Shown here: piece after piece, positions 12,975 to 26,692 of the stretch
Layout of the letters: each line of letters starts with the position of its first letter
Position numbering within the stretch: position 1 is the stretch's first letter
From: Setoptus koraiensis
Taxonomy: Eukaryota; Animalia; Arthropoda
Assembly (NCBI GenBank): GCA_048013815.1
Contig: CM106585.1
Coordinates: 14,384,001-14,448,000 of the forward strand
DNA: 64,000 nt
Reading direction: 5' to 3'
Translations under genes and position numbers: made by a program
Notes under the pieces: model-generated
What the model saw: only the letters and a program-made list of their open reading frames with translations
Database searches by the model: none
What the model was told of the DNA's origin: nothing

Positions 12975-15070
12975 GTCGGAGCCATATGAGCGTGACCTCT
13001 CGCTCGGCCAGATGCAAATAATGGCTCGCCGAAGCCAGCCGAGCGCGAACACTCTAATAGAGGTCCTCTGTCATACTTCGGCACTGTTATTCCAGCAACA
13101 ACGCTGGGCCCCACTGTACCTGTTGTTGAGTGTTGTTATTATTTACTGTTTTTACCTGTTTTATATTCATGCTATATTCATGCTATTGCATCACTATTGT
13201 CATGTATTGTTGGCTGATGGTCCACTGACAGCAGCCACATCACGTGATGTTACACACGAGGCTTGTGACACAATTAGATTGATGTTTGGTGTTGTTACGA
13301 AATACAACGAAAGAAAAACTTGCCCCGTGTGTTGTTGCCATTCGTCGTCGTTCGACATCTGACAATTGAACGCTGGCTGCATGATCGCCTCTTTGTTTGC
13401 TGCTGTCGTGCTGCAAACATCTCGGCTCTCTCGGTGCCGATGCCTCACTCCGGCCGCTCATTAGCTGGACTGGCATTTGCAGCTAATTATCGCTTCCGGT
13501 TTCTCGTCCATTAACGCTTATTATAATGAATAATAATTAGTTGTTGTCCCGGCAATGGCAACAGTTGCGCCCACTAGGTGGCACCTAAGTCTCGGCGTGC
13601 CCCCCAAATGGGGCCAGTCATCGACAAGTATTCACATTCATTCACGAGAACATATTCACGATCGGATATTCATTCAGCTTGCATGAATAGCCAAGTGCCA
13701 ATGGCATTTGCAGCAAATGCTGCTACACATCCATTTAGCACTTCATTTCTGTCATCTGAATCTCTCTGAATTTATCGGATATGCAACAACAGAGCATCTA
13801 TAGACATCTCGAAAAGCGATGATTTGCCTTGTTGGACAAACGGGCCCAGCAAGGCAAGTCAGCAGGTCCGATTCATCGTTAACTTAACCGCGATTTAACC
13901 GCGCCACAGCGATCAGCCATCCATAGCCACCAGATGGCGCCACTGTCCCAGTTCAGGCCCGATCCACATATATCCCGATAATGTAGTGTGATGGTTGAAA
14001 GTGGTTAAAAATGAAAATCGTTTCGCACAATACTATCGCATCGAGACATCGTATTGTGACAGCTCATTGTGATAGGTTGTCGTGAGCAATCAATATGGCC
14101 GTGCCTAGAGACAACACTGGCTCGACAAATGCTGCCACCAATTGTGGCACTGTCACGATCGACACTGGGGACGGGGCCCCATTTATATGATTGCATGCAA
14201 ATGGGTGCTGCGTAACAATGGAAATAGTAATTGCAAGCCGACGGCGCGCTTATCTTGGTGCTAATTGCAGCAATCAACGAGGCGCCTTTGCGACCAGTCG
14301 ACAGGATGTCGCGGCCCAACATTGGATAAGTGAAAGTGGCCGGCGGGAACAGAGTTGGCACAAGCCAGTTGACGGGGGCAAACGGACAAGCCAACGAACA
14401 GCGAAAAGAACATACAGAGAGATGATGATCAACTGTCGATCGGGATGATTGTTTACTTTGCATCGCTCGAGGTATCGACAAGTCGCTAGGCGAGCGCTCG
14501 ACGAATCGCTCGACGAATCGCTCGACGAATCGCTAGGCAAATCGATCTCGCTGTGTCACTTAGCCAGGCTAATCAGCTAATGCTAATTTAGCCGAGCTGT
14601 GAGCCAAGTTGGTAGTGACGTGATTTAATTGGGTCCGCCAGCCAGCCCATACAAGTGGCCGCTTCCGTGTTTGCTGCACGGGCTTGCGGGCACGAGTTGT
14701 GCCGCTAAAATAATGACGACACACAACATTGGACAACGCTCGCTCAATTCGTGTTTGTTTGCGTCCACTTCCGTCGGGCACACGGATGAGCGAGGCGCCC
14801 GGCTGGCAGACATTAATTAACATTAATTGTGGTGTCAACGCTGTCAGCGGATGTCTGTTTACAAATGACACTAGTTTACAAACTCCGTCAATGGTGAGCC
14901 AGCCGAAAATTCACACATGAATTTGTGCGGCGATGTTCACTGGTCGGCTCACATAACAACTCATATAACAATATTTTATATTTTCTATTGTATTTGTTAT
15001 TTTTTGCAGGCACATTTCGTCTGTGGTCTGACTGGTTTATTTTGCATAGGCGAAAAAACTTGCGCAAACA

Positions 15071-15134
15071 AAATGCTGCCGAAATGCTGCCGAAATGCTG
15101 CCGAAACGCTGCCGAAATGCTGCCGAAATGCTGC
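15071..15134. repeat. 11-bp minisatellite AAATGCTGCCG x6
   Basis: Read directly from the sequence. One unit is AAACGCTGCCG. Confidence 0.9.
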
Positions 15135-16406
15135 GGGCCAATTGAGCGAAATGTCGTGAAAATCAGGACGATTCGGGTCGAATGAGCCCAATTGGCCGCA
15201 ACGATTTCGCGGCCAATAATCGCCGACACTCGCCGACAGGTACATTTAACAGCGGCAGCTGCAGCGACAATTGAGGCAACACTCAATTGTCGACAAATGC
15301 AATCGATAAATAAAGCTGGCAACTGCTGGCCGATGACGCAACTGCTGCTGGCGCGGCATAATGCGATGATGATCATCGGCTCATGAGTTACTAGTCACAG
15401 ATTTGATGCGATTTGATCGGCCGTTAGTTTGCATTAATGCGTTTGCGTGAGCAGTCCGACATAAAACTGACATAACAGTAAGATCCTGTGAGATAGAAGC
15501 GAGCCTAGTTTGCAAACTTTGCATATGGGCGCGTGCGCTAATGAAAAATCTCCGATTGTGATCACTGGCTCGGTGGCGCGCATCGAGAGCATTATTGTTT
15601 GAGCCGACAACAGCAAGCATATTGCACCGGCTCGGTGGAAACAGGGGATATTGCGCGACTGTAAATCTTTGGTTTGAACAACAATTAAGCAGCGGCAGCT
15701 AGTGATGAACAAGACTTGCGACTTGCGTGTCTGCGTCTAGGACTGGGGCCCCTGGATTGACGCTTTTGTTTGTTTGTTTGTTTGGCCGGAGAGCGTTGGT
15801 GCGGAGTGCACAGGTAACTCAAAGGTGAGCTCAAACCAACTGAGTTACTTAGCGAGTAACGGTTCTCTGAGTGGTATCGTTTGCGTGAGCCTTTAGGCGT
15901 CACGCACGGCGTTAATTATCATGGGCAGCGCACTAACGAACGAACGGACGGACGGCGAATGAGTGAGTGACAACGCTTGCGACTTGCTCAATTAATATCA
16001 GCCAGCCAGTGAGCTTATTCGAGATAATAACGAGCGCCTCATTGTAATGTGGCGGCGCCGCCTTGCCGAATGTTTGCCGAGTCTCGCCAGCCGAGTCTCG
16101 CCAGCCGAGCCTCGCCAGCCGACAACACAGCAGAGCAACGGGCAAAGAATTGATTGCTGCCGGCAGCGTTGCGGCCCCCATTACTAATGCGCCAACTAAT
16201 GTAGATATTGACAATGGGGAGAATATTCTTTATTCCCGGCATTGTTGTCCATCTTTTGTTTGCCCCCGCGCCCCGAACACAACATCAACCGAACACAATC
16301 ATGCAACCGGCAGCGAGCTACCGCGCGCGCCCAATAAGCCAACAAAGACGACGAGCTAATGATGACGAGCGAAACGGGCCAAGACGGGCCGAAATGGGCC
16401 ATAATG

Positions 16407-16478
16407 GGGCATTATGGGCATTATGGGCATTATGGGCAGAATGGGCAGAATGGGCAAAATGGGCAAAATGGGCAAATA
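16407..16478. repeat. 9-bp minisatellite GGGCA(TT/GA/AA)AT x8
   Basis: GGGCATTAT x3, GGGCAGAAT x2, GGGCAAAAT x2, GGGCAAATA. Confidence 0.9.
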
Positions 16479-17035
16479 TGATGCGTCTAGTCGCAAATAA
16501 ACATAGTTGGCGAGCGCGCCGAGCGGCGCCACTAGCGCGCATTAGTAGTCGATCAGTGCAAAATCAATTGATCTCATTTATCAACTTGCTATCAGCAGCG
16601 ATTATCCGCGCCACCTTACAGCGGGCCCCTCGCAAGCTGTGAGTCACAACGGGCACTTGCTGGCCCCGACGGGCGCGACTCGATATCTCGACAAACGGCG
16701 CATGCACCCGCCAAGATAGCGGGCCCGACAGCGAAGAAGCCAATAATCTCTATATAATGCGCGACCGGTTTTACTTACTGTTTGCCGGGTTGCAGCATGA
16801 AATGAGGCGCCTAGATGGTGTGATTTATGGTGTTTGGCCGCCAGTGGGCGCACGGCGATAGATCGCTCGATCTCACAAGTTGCCAGTCAGAGCTTGTGGG
16901 TCGGAGGGCGGAATCGCGAACGGCGACCGCTCAACGCGCTCTCAAATCTCGACCAGACTCGCCCCTCAACCCGGCCGGCCGCGAGTATAAGCTCATTACC
17001 TCGCCCGTGCCCGGCCGCCGGCCCGAAGGCTCCAA

Positions 17036-17107
17036 GTCTCCAATTGGCGGAGTCTCCGAGTCTCCGATTGGCGGAGTCTCCGAGTCTCCAATTGGCGGAG
17101 TCTCCGA
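17036..17107. repeat. 24-bp tandem repeat x3
   Basis: AGTCTCC(A/G)ATTGGCGGAGTCTCCG repeated three times. Confidence 0.8.
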
Positions 17108-17811
17108 CTCTCGAAGGCTCGCACGATGATACTCGCGCGCTCACCGCCGGTATCATCGAGCTCAAGTCGGGCCTGATGAGTGGCACTAGTGGAGTCGCGA
17201 GTCAGTGCCCCCTATATCCAGTGTCGACTCGGATGCTGCCATCTATCTCTCGTGTGCGCCGTTGTGTGCTGGCCCGGCGTTGGGGCACTTGCTGGCCGGC
17301 GGAGCGAACCGAGCGCCGAGTGCGTAGGGCCAAGCTGGCGCTCGCTCGGGCAAGCGTGCAAATCATTGCCGCCATCAATCTGACGATCAGCGCCATCATC
17401 GGCGCGATCAGGCCGCCCAATGACAGCCCGGCCCGGCCGATCGTCGATGCAAGCGACGGGCGATCGTCGGCCAACGGTTCGCTCGGCGGGCCCCGCAGCG
17501 GGCAGACAGTGGGCCGACAGCGGGCAACTGGCGCCCGTGGACAGTGCCCCCCGGAACAGTGCGCCAGCGTGAGATATAGACTACTATAAATATCACTTAA
17601 TAGTGCCCATAAGCAGACATTCATGACATTCACAATGGCACCCACCGAGCCGCCCAGACAGTTTCGCCCAGACCGATGCGCTCGTGTGTGTGTGTGTGTG
17701 TCTGGACTACTAACTAGAGCGGCCGTGGCCGTTGATGACAACAACAACAACAACGACGACGACGACGACATCGACAACATTGAGCGGCACCAAGCCAGTT
17801 CGAGGGGCCAC

Positions 17812-17818
17812 ACACACG

Positions 17819-17853
<35 letters not shown>

Positions 17854-17884
17854 ACGCACACGCACACACACACACACGCACACG

Positions 17885-17917
<33 letters not shown>

Positions 17918-17918
17918 A
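17812..17918. repeat. Compound (CA)n/(CACACG)n microsatellite
   Basis: About 100 bp of CA/CG dinucleotide runs. It is the source of the poly-CV and poly-HT ORFs. Confidence 0.9.
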
Positions 17919-20900
17919 CAGAAAGAGATAAAATGGGGCCAGACAGACAGACACGGGCGCCCGACACAAGACAATGTGGATAATGCTGAGTGCAAATTGA
18001 TCTAGTGGCGCTAGGCGCCCGCTGCACTAACTAGTAATATTACGTCATATCTAACTGGCTCGCTCGCTCGCTATTTATTATGTCATGCGAGTGAGCAGTC
18101 ACATTTATTTATATTTACAGTCACACGCACGGCTATTCGCTACTTACTTTGTGTTACAGTTTCACTTTTGTTTTACTTTCAAACTGTCCAACTGTTAACT
18201 TTTTTTTTTATTTGCGATTGTTTACCAAGCCGTGTGCGTGTGCCGTGCACGTTATGTAACCGCCCGCCGACACAATCTGTCCCGGGAGACGGCCCCCGCT
18301 CTCCCATAATCTGTCTCGGCGCGCCCAAAGAGCCCGAACACAGTGCCGCCGTCGTGATGCATCCAGCGACAGCAAGCCTCTCCTTGGCCGCTTATCGGCG
18401 AGTCGCGGCCCGGCTATCGGCGGCCCGCGCGACCCGCCGTTCGCAAGCTAGCGCCGGACCGAGCCAGGGTGACGGGCGGCAGCGCCATCGTCACCTTGGC
18501 CCACTGTTGTGCTCATTTGTCAATCATGTCAGCTCGCCCTGCCTGGTCTGGTCTGGTCTGCTCACCTGGCCGCCGGTGGCGTCTTTTCTTTGGCAATGTT
18601 TGTAACTGAATGTGCTCGCATTATGTATGCACATTGTGTTAAATTGTGCGCGGGCCTGCCAACGGCCCGACGCACAATTTACCGACCGGTGGAGCGACCG
18701 ACCGACAGCGGGTGAACCGGCAGCCACTTAAACCGCTCATCATGGCGAACGGGCCCGCGAGCCGATTGAATCGCTGATAAAATTGATTTGCTGCATGCTT
18801 GCGCACTTTGTTGTGATATATGAATTTGTGATGAATCCGTGCAACTTGGGCATGAATATCGCTCAAGTCGTTGTGCCCGTCGTCACGAGCTGAATTCAGC
18901 CAGTGCAAACTTGAGCCGGTTCGCTCAGGCTAAGCGCGCCCTCGAGCGCGCCCAAAAATTAATTAATTAAAAGTTACTTTCGTACACAGACAACGTGACC
19001 TTGCACGGGCAACTGTGATTATTATCTCCGTCTATTTATACTGCATGCGAGGCCACCAGCGAGCCAAATAAGCGACGGTTGTATCGATTGCAAATGATAA
19101 CAACACACGTGCCTCGTTCCCTCGTATCGAACCATCGTATGCCAATCCTGATATGTCGGCATCAGCGGCGACAGCTAAATACGACAAAACGGCGACAGTT
19201 CGGGCACGTCACACGGGGGCCCACTGAGCTGTCCGAAGCAGCGCAGGCTGACCAGCCATCGGCTCGTCAGAGTCATATTCTGTTCAGGTCGCGCACGGGC
19301 GCACATACCAAACTGGCAACGAGCCGAAAATGCGAACCAAAGAAGATTTGCTCGGGCTACTAATCTAATTGGCCGCCGCTTTTTCCCATTTTTGGGCTTG
19401 CGCGGCCTGCCGACTTGGCCCCAATTCAATTAGGCACAGTGCAACACGTTTGCGAGCACGAGCAAGTGGTTTTCGTTTTTGTTTTTGTTGCTGGCTTGAG
19501 CCGGGCGGGCGGCCGGGCAGGCTCGATAGAAATAGGCGAGCGACCGGCACTGCGTCGTGATATGAATCAATGCCATAATAACATACAATAATAATACCAT
19601 GACATAACATATTGTGTGTATTAAATAGATTATAGATGCACACGAGCAGCTTGAGTAGCTCGGCCATCAATTAGACATGCCAGCGGGCAGCGTCGACATG
19701 CCAGCGCCGACGACAGCTTGCCAAAAGACGCCGGCCAACGGTGAGTAGTTGCAGGTGAATAGTTGGCAAGGTTAATGGGTTTTGTCATTAGTGAGTGCTA
19801 TCATTGATTAGTGTATGTGTGCTAATGCTTGTCATCAGCGGCGGCGATCATTGGGCGGTTATATGGGGCCAGCAGCGGCCCTAATCCTAAGTCGTTTATA
19901 CCCGCGCCAGCGTTCGTTGCCCGTGCACAGGTGACCCGTGCACGGGCACAACTAGGCACAGGTACGCTTACAGGTAAACGACGTTGCGGGTAATATTGTG
20001 TTGGTTACTGGTTGTGCACCCGCACAACCAGCGCCGGATAAGGCGACGGCGCGCCGACGCAACGGATAAGGAAGGCAGTTGAGGCGCCAGTGGCGCGACT
20101 GTAATCGATTACACGACACTCTGACAGATACACACAAGCCGGGCACCTTCGCTCGCCGGGCCGCATCGGTCTCGGCAGGCGGACGAAATTAAATCAGGCC
20201 AATTGAAGCTGATTAACGCGCTCTCTCTCTCTCTCTCTCTCCTTGCGCCCCTGGCCACAAGGTAACACTGGGTAGTACAATGCCAAACGCACCAGCGAGA
20301 GAGTGACGGGCGAGCTCGCGACAAAAGCAAGGTATTAAATTATATAATGCGCCCGTGTGTGTGTGTGTGTGTACTTTTAACAATTTCGTCTAGTTGCGTC
20401 ATAATCGACTGGCATCGGCTGACCGTTGGCCAGTATTCGCGGCAGTTGTAGTGGCAGTTGCAGTTGTGCGGATATCGCCGGCTAATACCACGGGCTGGTA
20501 TACAAACGAGGTCACAACGCTGGTGCCGTTTCAGTTGTGTGTGTGTGTGTGTGTCAGTTGAATATTATGGGTGTCGTTAAAGTTGTTTCAATTGACTACC
20601 GAGGCCGCAACTCTGTCGCTATGCGCTGGCCAGCGATGGCCACTGATAGCCTGCATATAGCCTAGATAGACTGCATTGTGTTGGTCGCTATACGCACACC
20701 AGCCAGTCGCTATACGCGCCAGCCAGTCGCTATGCGCACCGTGATAGATGGGTGCGTGTTGGTGTCATTGGCTGCACATTGGCGGACCATTACATTCAGT
20801 CAGTGCAGTGTCGGCGGTGGTGCGGGCCCCACACGCACGGACCGGCCTATCGGCCAGCCACTGGGGCCCGGGTGTAAAATGACCAGCGAGCGGCCGGGCG

Positions 20901-23900
20901 AATGCCAGTGGCGCCACACTGCTGCTCGTTGACGTGTATTTGTGTGTTGTGCGGCCCAAACAGACGGACACACGGCACCGAGCGACGACAAACCATCACA
21001 TGACAGGACACGACGTTTTATATGTTACACAGCAACGTGTCATACCACAAGCACAACAGCAGCAGCGGCAACACCAACAACAACAACACCAACAACAACA
21101 CCAACAACAACAACAGCAGCAGCAGCAGCAACAACAACAATGCTGTGATGTTAGTGCATCGCCGCTTGCGTCGCATGGGGCCCCAGCGGGCCCGCGATGG
21201 CGACACAGGTGGCTGCCCCTGGATAATAGATAGCGATATCGGTGGTCAGCGTCGCTCGCCGCTGGCAAGACGCGCACAAACAAATGTTAATTTCGTTTGA
21301 TTGAGCACACGGGGCGAGCGCGGCACGCGTTGTTATCTTGGCGTTGTGCTTGTGAAATGATTATGAATAATAACACGTTGTTTGTTGCTTGCAGTACATC
21401 TTGCATACAAGCGAGCGTTGATTGTCGCTGTCATCGCTATCACTGCCCAGGGACCGCTGGTCGGCCGGCCCGCTGATTGCAGCGACCGGCCGACGCGCGC
21501 CGGCAAGACGTGGCCGTCGGGCTGAGCGCTGCCAACCGAGCATGATGGACGAAACAAAAGAGGCCCGCACGGCTGGCGTGCCACTGCTGCACACAGAACA
21601 ATGGGGCCTTGGCGGAGTGGGCAAGACGCCGGCCCGATGAGTAATGGCCCGGCGGTTGCACAGCAAGAAAGCGAACACTCGTTACGTAAGATTGTATGTG
21701 ATTGCGCACTGTTAACTGCAACTGTCCGCCACTGACAGCACCAGCCGACGGCTCGCTTGCTAGGTCGGAAACGGAAGTGGGCGGGCAATCGGCAACGTCG
21801 GCTGACAACGCCGATTGGATTGGCCGGATTTGGGTGGAATTTGGGCCGGATTTGGGCCGAATTGGGCCCGTCGCCCGTCCAGTCCGTGCCGGCGAGTGGA
21901 GAGTGGCCAGTTGGCGTGGAAATTGGCCAGCTTAGGCCGGATCGGATTGGGCCGGGGGCGCGCGCCGTGCAGCTCGCCATCCTTTGGGCACCGCTGGCAC
22001 ACGAGCGCCGCTTTATCATTACAGGCCACTAGCTAGTAATGATAATATTAATTATATGCCATCGGTCATTGTTTGCGCGATGAAACATAATGGCGCCCAA
22101 TGAAAATGAATCATCGCCACGTTGCGTCGGCCGCCGGCACAGCGGCAACAGCGACACGGCACACTACCTGTTCTGCTGCAACCTGTTCTGCTGTAACCTG
22201 TTCCGTTGTTGCGGGCCGGCACAGCGCGCGCGCGCGCGCGCATCACGTGACGCGGCCTGGCGCTGCGGCAAACGGCATAGTGGCGCCATTACATAACTGC
22301 CGTTGTTTTGCTGTCATCACACACGGTGCAGCGACAGCAGTTGTGAGCCGGCCAGTTTTGTTCGTGCCAGAATAAATAATCAATGGCGCCGATGACGCTC
22401 GCCCGTGCTACCCGGGCGGCGCGCGCCACGCTTGGCGACGCCGAGCTAGCGGCTACAGCCGTCGCCACAGGAAGGGCCAGAAAGTAACAATGCCAACAAC
22501 AATGCCCGTCGGCCTTATCTGCAGCGGCCCGCTGGACGCGAGCTCGTCAAGCTCGCCCGCCGGCGCACAGCCCACGGTCGGCACGCTATGCTGGCCCGCT
22601 CGCGACGCAGTAATCGCTCGTGACAGCTTATCTGACCGCCGGGCACCACCTGAGCCGCCCGCCGACAAGCCTCGCTGCTGCTGCTGCTGCCTGTCTGACT
22701 AGAAACGCTACACTGGCCGGCCGGCCGGCCGGCCCGCAACTGTCGCAGCGGCACCGGCATCGGCTGCACCGTTGCGTATCATCGGTCGCGCCGGTATCAT
22801 GGCCGGGTGACAGGTGCACAGTTGCGCCCCGGTGAGTCGTCGCCCATCAACAACATCAACAACAACAACAGCAACATCAGCGCGTGTCACGCTGGCTCGA
22901 GAATTAGCTCGCGCTAATGCAGTGCGAGCGGCGCCGATACGCACAGCGAGGCGGCCCAATTTGTGCTGCCCCCCCCCGCTCCCGATTCGTGTCGCTCCCT
23001 CGATTTGTGTTGCCGGCCCCTCGATGGGGACCCGAACTCGCATGCAGCCAGCCACCAGCACGCCAGCAAAACAAACAATATATAAGCTGCGAGCCGCTTC
23101 GACGAGCGGCAAAAACTGGCATTTTGCTGCCATTTGTTGTATCGCGGCTCCAACAATTTCTGTGAATTTTGCGCGCGTGTGTGCATATTAACTACAACAA
23201 CCAAGACGACACTCTAACAAGCCAGACAGCGTCGCGGCTTAGCAACCAGATTCGAGGAGCCCGGCGCAATCTCGAAGCCTGCGAGTAGAGGCGCCTAGCC
23301 CGGTCGTCGGCAAGTGTGGCTGAGCGCCAAGGTAGGATCGCCGGCCGACAAGCGGCTCCGCTAATGCGAAGAAGGCAAACAACGACTAATGGGCGTCCTC
23401 GTGCCGTCGGCTGCGACAGCAACAACAACGACAGCAACAACAACAACGACAACGACAGCACCAACAACAACAGCAACAACGGCAGCCACCGCGACGGCGG
23501 CCCCCACAACGCGCTAAGCCCGCCACTGGCAGCGAATTTCCATTCCGCGAGCCGCCCCTGTGGTGTGTTTATAATAATCATTCGCTCAAGTTGACTTGAG
23601 CCTGCAAATAAACGACGGGAGCGCGTTTTGCAAATGGCAAGCCCCTCTGGCAAAAACACCGCCAGCCAGAGATACAGGCGCTGGCAAGTGCTCGCTGATT
23701 GCGACTCGCTGAAATGGGACCCGCGTGCACACACACGCACGCACGCACTGGGCCCCGGCGAGTGGGGCCCGCGAACGTGGGCGCGACGAGCGGGCGGGCG
23801 GCAGCAGCAGCGACAGGGCCGATGGGAGCGACGGGGCCGGCAGCAGCGAACAACAAAAGTAGCGGCATCAATTCGATTATTATGATGTCGTTCAAAAACA

Positions 23901-24667
23901 AATTGTTCCCAGAATGAGCGCGCCATCCAATCGCGCCCGGCGCCCGTTAGCATGCTGGCCCGACGGCCCATTGGCCCGCTGGCTCGCTGGCCCGTTTGCA
24001 TGGTGACCAGCGGACGCGACGAGTCCATCACTCGTCGTCGTGCGCCGCAGCCATACAAGCAATTCTTCAACTGCTGCCTCGGTGCCCCCATAACGACGCT
24101 GCTGCCTCTCGGGCCCTCTGGTGCCCTCCATCACGTGTGCATGCCTGTCCGTGGTGGCCATGGGTGATCATCTTGAGATGCTAGCGACAGCAGCCACTGC
24201 TCCATCATACTCAATTGTGTGCCCGTTGTCCAGTTCGCGTAACAGCCAGCCGACATTTTGGGCCCGACTCGAGCTGCGTGACCGCGCCACGTCCTCGCGC
24301 CACTGAGCTGCGCGCACATTTCGGCCAGCAGCGTCGCTCGTTCCCGGCCGCACAGAGCAGCCCGTTCGCTGCGGCCCAATCGATCGGGTCGAGCCAGTGG
24401 CCAGTTCCAATCGGCGAGAAGGAATCAAATTCGATGCAAATTCAATTCCTGCCCCTCGCACTGGATCTCTGTTGTGCCACAATGCCACGCGAGCCAACGA
24501 GGGGCCGTGGAGCTCGCGAGCATCGGCGCAAGCAGGAGCCTGTCACTCTATGTTGGGTCGCTTTTTACTGTCGCGGGCCGCCGCGACGCTGCACGGTCTT
24601 GGCGCGCTGCACGCGCTCTGTGCGCGGCGCGGGCCTCTAGGGTCGTTCGCGACCTCGAGCACCCGCC

Positions 24668-24772
24668 ACTCTATGCCTTTCTATGCCACTCTATGCCTTT
24701 CTATGCCACTCTATGCCGCTCCATGCCATTCCGCGCCACTCCGTGCCATTGCGCGCCACTCCGTGCCATTCT
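24668..24772. repeat. Degenerate 10-bp repeat (ATGCCACTCT/ATGCCTTTCT/GCGCCACTCC)
   Basis: About ten related 10-bp units in tandem. Confidence 0.75.
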
Positions 24773-26648
24773 ACGCCAGTGAGTCAATATAGAATGGTGG
24801 AGCACAGTGTGCAACTTTGCACGAAGCGCGCAAAGCTCGCTGTGGAACGCAGAGGAACTTCGCTGATGCTCGGCTTGGCTCGTTCGTGTGTGCGTGTGCA
24901 TCGGTGGCACACGCCAAAGTTAACAATGTTGGCGCGCAAAACCCAGATAGTTGCAACACTGGCACACACACACACACTTGCCATGAAAGGCTGCCAAACT
25001 GGGAAGGGGGCGCTGCTGTTTGCTTGCTCGTGCTCGCTCACTCGCAGCCCCGCACGCGCCAAGCTCGAGCCTCCGAGGCCAGCCTCCAGAGGGCCGCGCT
25101 GTTAAACATATATAATGTGGAGCAGCTCGTGCGTGTGCCGCAGTGGCGCGCACAACGAAGCCCCCCCCCCCGCACAATATCCTGCGCCGTGGCCCCCTTT
25201 ATTGTGTGCCCCACTGTACTTGTGCGGCGGTGGCCTGCGCCACTGGCCACTGACTGACATGATGATGCCATGGCAAAATATTGGCTTGTGTGTGTGTATG
25301 AATCATGTAAATGAGTAGTGTGTGTGTGTTATCCTCTGGCACAGCAACTCTCTCTCTCTCTGCTGGCCTCGACTATTATCCATTATGACTGGTGGCTTAC
25401 GTAAGCCACTGGTGCACGTTGGCGATCGTGCGCGCCAGCGAAATTCTCTGCCTCTCGCCCACTGTCTCCCACTGGCACATTTTTGCACTCAATATCGAGG
25501 GTTGGCAATAGTCGTGCTGCTGCTGGCCCCGTCTAACCAGCCCACAGTCAGCCTGCAGGCTGACTGTGGGGTTAGACCAGCGGTATAATAGTGCCAGTAT
25601 TATACCACGGGCAGCAAGATGCTGGTTGCAGGGCCTCGCTGGTGCACGGTGCGTGGTGCAGTGGGTGTACGTGTCGACATGTGTGTGTATACGAGCCCAA
25701 GACAAAGGGAAAAAATCCGTGCCTGGCAAGTTGCAGCGAGACATGCAGCGTATACATGCTGCATACAGAATGTTTGCCACTATTCCATCCGCTAATGGCT
25801 TAGATGATGGTGTCACTAGAATTCACTGACTAGATGCACACAAGTCGCTGCAAGTCGCTGCAGCAGCACCAGCACCAATGGTGCACCAGACACTGTGTAC
25901 GGTACTCAAGCACGCATACGCACCATTTATATGCGTACGTATATAGTGTAGTACACACACACACACATGATGCAATGCACAAACGCATGCACACACTCAC
26001 TCGCTTCAAGCGAGTCGCTTGCAGTGGCCAGCAGATCGGTGCGTGCAGTTTGCATGCGACGAGACGCGCGCCAGCGGGGGAAGAACAGTGCGTGCAAAGT
26101 GGCAAAGAGTGGGGACAGCAGCACACAGTGTGTGCTGCAACAATCGAACAAACAATCTATTTGGTTCTATTTCGTCGTTTCGTTTCGTTTTATTCTACAT
26201 TTTATGGTGCGCGCGTTATTTTCACTCATGTCGAATTTCGCCCACGAACCAACCAGCGAACCACAAGCCACCGAACGACCAGCTAACGAACGACGCGCTA
26301 GCCAGCCAGCTAACCGAGAGAACAATTGATCGAATTGGCAACAATTCCTGCATCGCTGGCCGTTATATTGTGAGTCGATAACCAGCACACGACCATTTAG
26401 TATCGTCATCACCTAGATCACCAATTAAACTCTAGCTGGTCAATGTTGCAAGTTGCAATTGCACCACTGACCACGACCAATCATCATTATTGCCTAATTA
26501 TCTAATTATCTATTGATACGTCTAGTCTAGCGAGCGAACGCCATTTTCATGGGCACCCGTTGAATTGTTTCGCCAACACTTTATATTGTTGTCAGCTGAT
26601 AGATAGTTGCCAATTTACAATATCCGACAGCACCCATCACCTTTGCAG

Positions 26649-26692
26649 CATCCATCTATTCGAGCGCGACAACATGGCCAGTGACGAAGGAG
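26649..26692 (+). other. Candidate 44-nt exon upstream of the neurexin-like ORF
   Basis: Flanked by a TTTGCAG acceptor and an AG|GTGAGT donor. Contains ACAACATGG (good Kozak context). Confidence 0.4.

Noticed and set aside
21602-21628. WGLGGVGKT, an NB-ARC-like P-loop
   Set aside because: A stop follows four codons later, there is no preceding hydrophobic beta-strand, and there is no usable splice donor.
25827-25848. TGACTAGATGCACAC.., a miR-279-family-like seed
   Set aside because: The upstream sequence cannot form a proper precursor stem (poor pairing, loop too short).
270-26450. Dozens of 60-300 aa ORFs in the left zone
   Set aside because: They overlap on both strands, are built from microsatellites and GC-rich low complexity, and show no recognisable domain or consistent splice structure.
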